Source: an uncultured Methanosarcinales archaeon (GTDB lineage: Archaea > Nanobdellota > Nanobdellia > Woesearchaeales > JACJVV01). From it: 64,000 nucleotides of DNA. Positions 31,816 to 39,946 of the stretch are shown here, one piece after another; the first letter of the stretch is position 1; each line of letters starts with the position of its first letter. Where the stretch lies: the NCBI GenBank assembly GCA_964581515.1, contig CAZOOV010000005.1:75025-139024 (forward strand). The letters run 5' to 3'. The notes below the pieces were generated by a model. The model did no database searches, was not told the DNA's origin, and saw only the letters and a program-made list of their open reading frames with translations. Position numbers and translations under genes: made by a program.

Positions 31816-32172
31816 TTATTCTGAACTCTCTTCATCTTGTTTTAAAGAAAGAATCGCCTTAGCAAGATCGCCGTTAGCATTTTCTATTGCTGTTTTTGCT
31901 TCATCAACAGAAACTCCTGTTTGATCCACAACTGTTTGGACATCTTCCTCATTAATATCAGGCGTTGTATCCAAAGATTGTTCTTCAGGAACACCTACAA
32001 CCTGAAATGTTTCCTGACCCATCATATTGACTTTAGAAACTTCTGGATTATTAAAAACAAGCATCTTATCTGCTGTCTTAATTATCACTTGAGTAGCTTC
32101 GAGTCCAGTCTGTGCTACACCCATACGCTTCATCATTTGTTTCATTTGACGTGAGTTCATTCCTGGAAGCAT
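31816..32172 (-). CDS. nac: Nascent polypeptide-associated complex (NAC) protein
   Basis: MKQMMKRMG, NPEVSKVNMMGQETFQV, UBA-like end NGDLAKAIL. Confidence 0.93.
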   Translation of the reverse strand: MLPGMNSRQMKQMMKRMGVAQTGLEATQVIIKTADKMLVFNNPEVSKVNMMGQETFQVVGVPEEQSLDTTPDINEEDVQTVVDQTGVSVDEAKTAIENANGDLAKAILSLKQDEESSE

Positions 32173-32235
32173 TTGTTTTACACCTGTTTTCTGATTTATG
32201 AAATTATTAATATTAATATAAATCTATCTATAAAC

Positions 32236-32409
32236 TTATCCTAGAAGGCCTGCGCCTACTTTATGCAATACTATAATAATTAAAATCACAGCAATGATAA
32301 GAATAACGACATTAATAGGTTTAATACTGAATTTTGTTGTAGATTCTTCAAAATATCTTGTAATACCTGCGCCTGACATAGGCATATTAACTTTATTATC
32401 ACGTGCCAT
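32236..32409 (-). CDS. secG: Sec61beta/SecG translocon subunit (57 aa, not in ORF track)
   Basis: Hand translation MARDNKVNMPMSGAGITRYFEESTTKFSIKPINVVILIIAVILIIIVLHKVGAGLLG; SxAGxxRY motif plus one TM helix; SD GGAGTGA. Confidence 0.88.
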   Translation of the reverse strand: MARDNKVNMPMSGAGITRYFEESTTKFSIKPINVVILIIAVILIIIVLHKVGAGLLG

Positions 32410-32452
32410 TTTTCACTCCTTTTGGTTTTAATCTGATAATCTTAAATAAAGG

Positions 32453-32764
32453 TGTAGGGTGATTATAAGCCACCTTCTGTAGGATGCTTTTAATTCCATA
32501 GGGAATTGATCATCCTTGCTAGCATTTAACTACGCCTCATAATGAGTTGCACCAACAGGGGCTCGCCGTTTCATCTTTTCCTTACCGAAGTCTGCTGTTC
32601 ATTACATGTCGCCATGCTTTTTCAGCTTTCATCCCATTAAATAAGGACAGTGTCGTTTCTGGGCGGTTGCCTTCCATTTCTGGAACTTATCTTACAATAA
32701 GCTGCCATAAGTGGTGGATGGACTTTCCTCAGTTGAAAACCGATAGCTAACTCACCACCCTACA
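32453..32764 (-). ncRNA. rnpB: RNase P RNA
   Basis: Minus strand has GAGGAAAGTCC (CR-I), GAAACGGCGAGCCCC..GGTGCAA and ACAGAAGGTGGCTTAT (CR-V). P1 stem TGTAGGGTG/CACCCTACA; TATA at ~32785-32794. Confidence 0.93.
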
Positions 32765-32820
32765 ACTTAGAAGAAATAGATTTTATTTATAAATGTTGTG
32801 GATGAGATAAGGAAGTATTC

Positions 32821-33219
32821 TCACTCATATTCCGTCTTAATTAGCTGCCTAAAAGTAAATCCTTTTAGCTCTGTATCTTTCAAAGAGATTGTATAACCAG
32901 AATTTGTCTCTCTTAAATCTTCAATTGAAAAGAAATGCCACCCTTTTCCTTGAAATTTAACACCTACCCAAGGCTCACAGCCGAATATATGCGAAAATTC
33001 ACGTAGCTCATAAATCTCTTTTTGAGTAAAATACTTCTTAGAATCATCTATTACTTTTATTTCAAGAGCAATTTTCCTTAATGAATTTCCAGCTATTACA
33101 TCTGGACAAGGATATCTTGAACTACCTGACCCTGCTGCCCTAAACGCTGCCCAGTCATTCTTCCAAAACTCATGGATAAGTTCACGTTCTGCTGCTGTAC
33201 CCTTCTGTTTTCGGTTCAT
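32821..33219 (-). CDS. hjc: Holliday junction resolvase Hjc
   Basis: KGTAAEREL, RAAGSG, PDVIAG, LEIK. Start moved to ATG 33219 based on TATA spacing. Confidence 0.92.
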   Translation of the reverse strand: MNRKQKGTAAERELIHEFWKNDWAAFRAAGSGSSRYPCPDVIAGNSLRKIALEIKVIDDSKKYFTQKEIYELREFSHIFGCEPWVGVKFQGKGWHFFSIEDLRETNSGYTISLKDTELKGFTFRQLIKTEYE

Positions 33220-33346
33220 ATTAAGAATATAGTCTCTATTATTTATTAATGTTTTTTGCAAAGATGTCTAGTGAAAAACGAAAGATATAGGGAAGAACAA
33301 GAAAAGAATGAAAATATTTAAAAAGGAGTCATTTTATATTACATAT

Positions 33347-33568
33347 ATGTCTATTGCAAAATCACAAAGACTCATGCCGCTTGCTGCTATGGAGAAGATT
33401 ATCTCAGAAGCAGGAGCAGAACGTGTAAGTGAAGATGCAAAACAAGAGCTTAAAAGGATTATTGAAGAGTATTCTATCGCGATAGCAGAAAAAGCTATCA
33501 AATTTGCACAGCATGCTGGAAGAAAAACCATCAAAGCTGATGACATTAAACTTGCTGTGAAAAATTAG
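33347..33568 (+). CDS. Archaeal histone
   Basis: PLAAMEKII..AGAERVSEDA, HAGRKTIKADDIKLA; start ATG 33347 about 24 nt after TATA. Confidence 0.95.
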   Translation: MSIAKSQRLMPLAAMEKIISEAGAERVSEDAKQELKRIIEEYSIAIAEKAIKFAQHAGRKTIKADDIKLAVKN

Positions 33569-33638
33569 AAAAAAATTAAATCCATGTTTAATTTATCCTA
33601 AGATTATTATTCTAAGATTCAATTATATATCTTAATAA

Positions 33639-34547
33639 CTACACTTTAATCTTCATTAGATCATAGCCGATAGTTGATTCTGAGAATATCGTGTTTGCTT
33701 CTTCTTGAAGTTCTTTTGAATCTTTATACCTTTGACTAAAATGCGTAAGAACTAGTTTTTTTACATTTGCATTGTTAGCAATAAGTCCTGCTTGTTCAAC
33801 AGTGAGGTGATTGTGCTTTTCTCCTTTCTCCTCGTGTTTAGCTAAGTATGTTGATTCGCATATTAATAAATCTGCATCCTGAGCAATAGTTACCGCATTC
33901 TTTGTATAAGAAGTATCCATAACAATAGAGATAATCTTACCCTGAACAATATATGTCAAATCATCAGCTGAATATTTTGTTTTATTGAAAGTAATAGATT
34001 TTCCTTCTTGCAATTTCCCTAAAAGAGGGCCATCTGGAATTCCAATAGCTTTTACTTTACTTACAGCGATACGTCTCCTATCTTTTTCTATAAACCTATA
34101 TCCTAAAGTAGGGATACCGTGATCCAAAGGAATTGCTTCAAGATAATAATTTTCATCTTCAAAGAACTTTGTTTGTTTTTTTATATCAAGATCCTTTATC
34201 TTTAAATCAATCTTGTCTAAATTACCAAAATAAGTTGATTCCATCAAACACATGAATCTTTTCTTTGTTTCTTTTGGACCATATATTTCTAGGCTTATCT
34301 CTTCTGCACTATTAGAAATTGTCTGAATTAGACCTAAGATTCCTGAAACATGATCACCATGCCAATGACTAATTAGAATCTTTTTGACTTTATTTCGATT
34401 AATATTAGCTATATTCATCTGTCTCTGAGTACCTTCTCCACAGTCAACTAAGATGCCCTCTCCTTGGTACTCTAAGTAGATGCCACTAACATTCCTTTCT
34501 TTTGTTGGAACCATGCATGAAGTCCCTAATAATGTGACATTTATCAT
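33639..34547 (-). CDS. rnz: Ribonuclease Z
   Basis: LGTS..PTKERN, DCGEGTQRQ, HWHGDH, LTHFSQRY; start ATG 34547. Confidence 0.95.
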   Translation of the reverse strand: MINVTLLGTSCMVPTKERNVSGIYLEYQGEGILVDCGEGTQRQMNIANINRNKVKKILISHWHGDHVSGILGLIQTISNSAEEISLEIYGPKETKKRFMCLMESTYFGNLDKIDLKIKDLDIKKQTKFFEDENYYLEAIPLDHGIPTLGYRFIEKDRRRIAVSKVKAIGIPDGPLLGKLQEGKSITFNKTKYSADDLTYIVQGKIISIVMDTSYTKNAVTIAQDADLLICESTYLAKHEEKGEKHNHLTVEQAGLIANNANVKKLVLTHFSQRYKDSKELQEEANTIFSESTIGYDLMKIKV

Positions 34548-34613
34548 TATATAAGTCGAAATATTGGAATATTTAAAAACTTTTATAAACACCTTCAGGA
34601 CTAGTTGTAATAC

Positions 34614-35249
34614 ATGGTAGCAAAGAAGAAGTCTGCAAAAACAGCTGTAAAAACTGCTGTAAAGAAAAATATAAAGGCAGCTGTAAAAACAAGTAAAAGT
34701 ACAGAAGAAGAAGTATCTAAGAGTAAAAAGGCAATAGAAGTATCATTATTAAAAGAAAATGTCATAACAGAATGTTCAAATGAAGCAAGGTTATTATATG
34801 AAAAATCAAGATATGGAACATTACTTGATGATGGTAGAGTGGAGTTAACATTAATTGAAACTTATTATCTGGCTGAAAAGAATAAAATCATTGTTCTAAT
34901 GGGTAAAAAATCCCTTACAAAAGAAACTTTACTAAAAAAGTTCATTAAATTTGAAAAAAACTTCCGAACAAGATATGCAGTATATGCGGATTTTAGAAAT
35001 AGAGGATATATAATTAAAACTGCTCTTAAATTCGGTGCTGATTTTCGCGTTTATGATAAAGGAATCAAACCAGGAGAAGATCACGCAAGATGGATTGTAT
35101 ATCCTGTAAAAGAAACTGGATCTTTAACATGGTATGAATTTGCAGCAAAGAATAGAGTTGCACACTCAACAAAAAAACGTTTGTTGATAGGGGTTGTTGA
35201 TGAAGAGAATTCTGTTACCTATTATGAGGTTAGGTGGACTAGACCATGA
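34614..35249 (+). CDS. endA: tRNA-splicing endonuclease, catalytic subunit
   Basis: RNRGY..KTALKFGADFRVY, EDHA, RVAHSTKK (Y-H-K triad); K/A-rich N-terminal extension. Confidence 0.93.
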   Translation: MVAKKKSAKTAVKTAVKKNIKAAVKTSKSTEEEVSKSKKAIEVSLLKENVITECSNEARLLYEKSRYGTLLDDGRVELTLIETYYLAEKNKIIVLMGKKSLTKETLLKKFIKFEKNFRTRYAVYADFRNRGYIIKTALKFGADFRVYDKGIKPGEDHARWIVYPVKETGSLTWYEFAAKNRVAHSTKKRLLIGVVDEENSVTYYEVRWTRP

Positions 35250-35761
35250 ATCTTTCTGCTGATGTAGAAAAATTAGTTGATATGTTTAAACAAGATTTTC
35301 GTTTAATCGTTAGAATATTCTTAAACCTTAAAGCAAGATATGAGCATGATGATTCAACAGTACTCAATAAAATAGGCATATTCAAAACATTCTTACTAAA
35401 ATTTAATGAGAAATATAAATCCATTGAAATAATCCTTTGTGAAGAAGATCTTACAGCTGATGATTTTAAGATATTTCTTACAAAATTTAATTCAAAGGAA
35501 GAAATTATCAATAAATATCAACTTGAATCCATTCCTTTAATGATGAAAAAAGATAAAGATAAAGGATTTATACAAGTATTTATGGATTATAGCAAGATAA
35601 GTGATGATATTAATTCAAACTTAACTTTCCTTGGACTATTATGCATTGAGGATATTGACAAAAAGATTGATTTGCGACCACCAAAAGAATTAAAACTACT
35701 ATCATCTGAGATAGACAATGAATTTGCATCATTAAATCAAAGTATGGCAAATAGAGCTTAA
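35246..35761 (+). CDS. Hypothetical protein
   Basis: ATGA-coupled to endA; no recognised motif. Confidence 0.55.
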   Translation: MNLSADVEKLVDMFKQDFRLIVRIFLNLKARYEHDDSTVLNKIGIFKTFLLKFNEKYKSIEIILCEEDLTADDFKIFLTKFNSKEEIINKYQLESIPLMMKKDKDKGFIQVFMDYSKISDDINSNLTFLGLLCIEDIDKKIDLRPPKELKLLSSEIDNEFASLNQSMANRA

Positions 35762-35843
35762 TTTGTGGGCATGATATAGTGCAACAAATTATTAAATCCT
35801 AATCGCAATAAAATATATAAAGAAGGATTTCTTCAGGGTAATT

Positions 35844-36866
35844 ATGTCAGAACAAGGGATTATGAGCTTTCTTGCACAAAATGGGCCAAGTACGCCAGCA
35901 CAATTAGCTAAGCATATAGGCACTACACTTCTTTTTGCATCTGCAATGCTTGGAGAAGTTTCTTCAAAGAAATTAGTCAAAGTAAGTAACCTTAAAATAG
36001 GAGGAGGATCACCGCTTTATTACTTAAAAGAACATGGTGAACAACTGCAGAATTTCTCTGATAAATTAAACTCGAAAGATAAAGAGGCATATGAAATTAT
36101 CAAAACAAAGAAGGTAGTTCGTGATAAAGAACAACCAACTATTGTGAGGGTTGCATTAAGAGCAATAAAGGATTTTGCTGTGCCACTCACTATTGTGCAA
36201 GGAAATGAAAAAGAACTATTCTGGAAATGGTATATGATGAGCGATACTGAAGCTGAACCATTTATACGAAAGATATTAGGGGGAGGAAAGAATAGTCCAA
36301 AAGAAAATCAAAAAGAAGTTAAAGAAAAAATACCAATAACTCCAAAAGCATCAATAAGAGATAATAAAGAAAAGAAAATCGTAAAAAAAGAAGAGAAAAA
36401 ACCAGAAGTCAGAAAAGAAGAAGTAGAAATAATCAAACAAGAACCTAAAAAAACATCACCGATACCAAAGAAAGAACCTATAAACACAGCAGTCAGAGAT
36501 TCACACATCAATGAATTTGGAGGAGATTTAAACTCTGAATTTGAGACAATATGTAAAAATGCCTTTGGAAAAAAGATTACAAATTATTTTAATAGTAAGA
36601 AAATAAAGATACTTAATTATGACCAATTAAAGAAAAATAAAGAATTTTCTTTTGTTCTAAGGGTTCCATCTGCAATAGGAACGTCTAAATTTTTCTCTAA
36701 AGCTGTAGATAAGAAGAAAATTGGTGAAGGGGACCTAGCACTAGCATTAGTCGAAGGTCAACATAAACAATTGCCTGTGCTTTTCATTACAACTGGCGAT
36801 TTAAACAAAAAAACTGAAGAAAAAATCAATATATTATTTAAAGATCTTAATTATATTAAAGTCTAA
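35844..36866 (+). CDS. Hypothetical protein with N-terminal winged-HTH
   Basis: GPSTPAQLAKHIG...ASAMLGEV, GGSPLYY; K/E/P linker; directly upstream of fen1. Confidence 0.65.
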   Translation: MSEQGIMSFLAQNGPSTPAQLAKHIGTTLLFASAMLGEVSSKKLVKVSNLKIGGGSPLYYLKEHGEQLQNFSDKLNSKDKEAYEIIKTKKVVRDKEQPTIVRVALRAIKDFAVPLTIVQGNEKELFWKWYMMSDTEAEPFIRKILGGGKNSPKENQKEVKEKIPITPKASIRDNKEKKIVKKEEKKPEVRKEEVEIIKQEPKKTSPIPKKEPINTAVRDSHINEFGGDLNSEFETICKNAFGKKITNYFNSKKIKILNYDQLKKNKEFSFVLRVPSAIGTSKFFSKAVDKKKIGEGDLALALVEGQHKQLPVLFITTGDLNKKTEEKINILFKDLNYIKV

Positions 36867-36867
36867 A

Positions 36868-37905
36868 ATGGGAATTGCATTAAAAGATCTTATTTCTGGA
36901 AGCGAAGTTGAACTTAAATCTTTAGCGAATAAAGTAATATGCATAGATACTTCAATGTTATTATACCAATTTTTGACAACAATAAGACAATCAGATGGAG
37001 GGTATTTTACAGATGAGAAAGGAGGAGTAACTTCTCATCTTATAGGCATAAATTCACGTATAACCAAACTAATTCAATATGGGATAAAATTAATATTTGT
37101 ATTTGATGGAAAAGCACCTGAATTAAAAAAACAAGAACAAGAAAGAAGAAGAGAATTAAAAAAAGAAGCTGAAGTCAAATATAAAGTAGCATTAGAAAAA
37201 AAAGATTTTGCTGAGATGAAGAAATACGCTTCAAGAAGCGTCCGTCTCACTAATGAAATAATTAATGAAACTAAAGAACTTATAGATGCATTTGGTATCC
37301 CTATAGTACAAGCACCAAGTGAAGCTGAAGCACAAGCAAGCCACATTGTAAAGAAAGGGGAGGCATTTGCTGTAGCTACGCAAGATGCAGACGCATTAAT
37401 GTTTGGATGCCCTAAAATAATAAAGAACCTATCACTCGTAGGAAAGCATAAGAGGGCAAATAAGCTAGAATATCAAACATATAAGCCAGAAATCGTTGAA
37501 CTTGGAGAAGTATTGAATAGTATGGGGATAGATCATGAACAACTAATATTACTATCTATTCTTGTAGGAACTGATTTTAATCCAGGCGGAATAAAAGGCA
37601 TAGGACCAAAAAACGCATTAAAAATAGTAAAAGAATACAAAACAAAAGAAAAATTAGTTGAATTTGTAAAAAAGGAAAAAGAGGAAATTAATTTTAATTT
37701 TGATGATGTATATGAAACTGTTAAAAATATACCTGTAACTGACGATTATAATCTTGAATGGAAAAAAGTAGATGGGGATAAAATTAAACAGATATTAATA
37801 GAACAACATGATTTTTCTGAAGAAAGGGTGGAAAAAACGCTTTTAGCGTTAAAAGAATATTCAGAAACAAAAAAACAGAAAAGCTTAGATAGTTTTTTTG
37901 GATAA
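36868..37905 (+). CDS. fen1: Flap endonuclease 1
   Basis: YQFLTTIRQ, FVFDG, APSEAEAQA, QDADAL, GTDFNPGGIKGIGPK, C-terminal PIP box QKSLDSFF. Confidence 0.96.
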   Translation: MGIALKDLISGSEVELKSLANKVICIDTSMLLYQFLTTIRQSDGGYFTDEKGGVTSHLIGINSRITKLIQYGIKLIFVFDGKAPELKKQEQERRRELKKEAEVKYKVALEKKDFAEMKKYASRSVRLTNEIINETKELIDAFGIPIVQAPSEAEAQASHIVKKGEAFAVATQDADALMFGCPKIIKNLSLVGKHKRANKLEYQTYKPEIVELGEVLNSMGIDHEQLILLSILVGTDFNPGGIKGIGPKNALKIVKEYKTKEKLVEFVKKEKEEINFNFDDVYETVKNIPVTDDYNLEWKKVDGDKIKQILIEQHDFSEERVEKTLLALKEYSETKKQKSLDSFFG

Positions 37906-37907
37906 AA

Positions 37908-38756
37908 ATGAAAAAGAATAAAATGAAAAAACCATTGAAATTAAGAGATGTATTAGCTGAAAAACTTACAAAAAAAGAGATGGAATCTGCTCCAAATAGT
38001 TTTGATGTAATTGGAAATATAGCAGTTCTTGAAGTAAAAGAAGAATTAATATCTAAAGAAAAAATAATTGGTGAGGCAATACTTTCTATGCATAAGAATG
38101 TAAACACTGTATGTAAAAGAGCAGGTGAGCATTCAGGCAAATATAGGACACAAAAATTAAAGATAATTGCAGGAAAAAGAACAAAAGAAACAATACATAA
38201 AGAAAGTGGATGCCAATTAAAATTACATATAGAAAAATGCTATTTTTCTTCAAGAAGTGGAACTGAAAGATTGAGAATTGCCAACCAGATTAAGGAAGGA
38301 GAAGAAGTATTAGTGATGTTTTCTGGTATTGGACCTTTTGTGTGTGTTATAGGGAAAAACAGCAAATATAAGAGTATAATAGGGGTTGAATTAAATCCTG
38401 TTGCACATAAATACGCCTCAGAGAATGTTAATCTTAATAAGATTAAAAATTGCGAAATTATAGAAGGCGATGTTAGAAAAGTTGTTCCTAAATTGAATAA
38501 AAAATATGATAGAATAATTATGCCTTTGCCAAGAACTGCTGAGGAATTCCTGGATACTGCTTTACTTGTTGCTAAAAAAGGCACTATGATTCATTTGTAT
38601 GGTTTTTTAGGTGAAGATGAATTTAATGATTATAAGAAAAAAATAAAAAATATATGCAAGGAGAATAATTTTAAAGTGGATATTAAAGAGCTTGTCAAAT
38701 GTGGGCAATTTTCACCACGTGTATTTCGAATATGTGTGGATTTTGAGGTAGTGTAA
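37908..38756 (+). CDS. tRNA methyltransferase, Trm5/Taw2 (Met-10+) family
   Basis: FDVIGNIAV, CYFS.R..TERLRI, MFSGIGPF, ELNPVA, DRIIMPLP. Confidence 0.88.
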   Translation: MKKNKMKKPLKLRDVLAEKLTKKEMESAPNSFDVIGNIAVLEVKEELISKEKIIGEAILSMHKNVNTVCKRAGEHSGKYRTQKLKIIAGKRTKETIHKESGCQLKLHIEKCYFSSRSGTERLRIANQIKEGEEVLVMFSGIGPFVCVIGKNSKYKSIIGVELNPVAHKYASENVNLNKIKNCEIIEGDVRKVVPKLNKKYDRIIMPLPRTAEEFLDTALLVAKKGTMIHLYGFLGEDEFNDYKKKIKNICKENNFKVDIKELVKCGQFSPRVFRICVDFEVV

Positions 38757-39611
38757 ATGCTAAGTGGGATTATTTTTGGCATAATACCTATGATTTGTTG
38801 GGGAATAGGGGATTTCTTAAGTGCAGGATTAACTAAGAAAATAGGTCCATTAAGAACTGCTACATGGGTACAAAGTATAGCCTTAGTAATATACCTATGT
38901 ATATTTACAATATTTTTTAGAACGATAGATATTTCTTCAATAGCATTATTCATGGTACTTGCAACTGGACTTGTTGGTACTATTGCATATCTAAATTTCT
39001 TTAAAGGATTACAAGAAGGTAAAGCTTCTGTCATTAGTCCACTAACTGCATGCTGGGGTATTATAACTGTTGTATTGAGCGTAATCTTATTCCAGGAAAA
39101 ACTAGTGAGTATTAAGGTTATAGGGGTTGCATTGGCCATTTTAGGAGGCGTACTAACTTCTATAAGGTTTCATGATATATTTAAATTAAAGTTAAAAGAG
39201 ATTGAAAAAGGAGTCTTATCTGGAATTATTGCTTTGTTGTTATATGGTGTATTCTTTACTATGACAAGTGTACTTGTAAAAGAAATAGGGTGGTTTTTAC
39301 CAATATTTCTAATCAATATTTTTAGAGTCCCAATTCTTCAAAGTTGGACAGCAATAAAATATAAAATCAAATGGTTCCCGAAAAAAGCGATATATATCTT
39401 AATTATTATAGCTATCTTTGAGGCTGTAGCATTTTTATCTTATGGATACGGTGTTAGTTCAAACTATACATCGATCATAGCTCCCATCACAGCGACAAGC
39501 CCCGTTATTGTAATAATCCTTGCAAGAATATTTACTAAGGAAACTTTAGAATGGAGCCAGATAGTGGGAATTATTTCTGCTATTTCGGGTATTGTATTAC
39601 TTTCTTTGTAA
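38757..39611 (+). CDS. EamA/DMT-family transporter
   Basis: WGIGDF, ASVISPL, EKL; about 10 TM helices. Confidence 0.85.
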   Translation: MLSGIIFGIIPMICWGIGDFLSAGLTKKIGPLRTATWVQSIALVIYLCIFTIFFRTIDISSIALFMVLATGLVGTIAYLNFFKGLQEGKASVISPLTACWGIITVVLSVILFQEKLVSIKVIGVALAILGGVLTSIRFHDIFKLKLKEIEKGVLSGIIALLLYGVFFTMTSVLVKEIGWFLPIFLINIFRVPILQSWTAIKYKIKWFPKKAIYILIIIAIFEAVAFLSYGYGVSSNYTSIIAPITATSPVIVIILARIFTKETLEWSQIVGIISAISGIVLLSL

Positions 39612-39654
39612 AATTGTTGAAATTTTATATGAAAATTGATAAGAATAGTTTTAT

Positions 39655-39801
39655 GCAGTAGGCTTTATGCCTACTGCGTTTCTGGAGCCTACAGACGGAA
39701 AACTGTAGAGATCAATACACCTGCTTAGCGGTTACATCCCTTAGAGATTGCACTCTAAAGGTACTAGCATTTAAGCTAGACATAAGCAAGCTTAGTCTAG
39801 C
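39655..39801 (-). ncRNA. Structured multi-hairpin element; diverged partial duplicate of the adjacent C/D sRNA
   Basis: Four inverted repeats: 39655-39677, 39689-39708, 39741-39758, 39775-39801. 39709-39735 matches 39831-39857 at 23/27 nt. Confidence 0.45.
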
Positions 39802-39831
39802 GAAATAATTCTAATAAAAAAAGAGTGATTA

Positions 39832-39920
39832 GATCAATACACATGCTCAGAAGTTACTCTTTGCTGTCATTGGCTCTCGCCTCTAATGGTGTTCACATCC
39901 TCATAGCATCTTGTGTGATC
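39832..39920 (-). ncRNA. Box C/D guide sRNA enclosed in a canonical bulge-helix-bulge motif
   Basis: Minus strand: GATC ACAC AAG ATGC T ATGAGGA(C) TGTGAACACCAT TAGA(D') GGC-GAGA-GCC A ATGACAG(C') CAAAGAGTAACTT CTGA(D) GCAT GTGT ATT GATC. Confidence 0.72.
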
Positions 39921-39946
39921 TTTTTGATTGAAACTTATGGATTTGA

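Noticed and set aside
32547..32750. 67-aa plus-strand ORF
   Set aside because: It is antisense to the RNase P RNA gene.
39655..39677. GTAG-type REP or IS200/IS605 end hairpin
   Set aside because: Single copy in the window and no transposase; may simply be a 3'-end hairpin between convergent genes.
39680..39801. Pistol or twister ribozyme resemblance (hairpin then TTAAAT with possible pseudoknot; GCGGTTAC)
   Set aside because: I could not place the remaining conserved core nucleotides and stems. An Rfam scan would settle it.
39709..39857. 27-nt direct repeat pair considered as a mini CRISPR array
   Set aside because: Only two imperfect copies with a 95-nt structured spacer and no cas genes; better explained by the C/D-BHB duplication.
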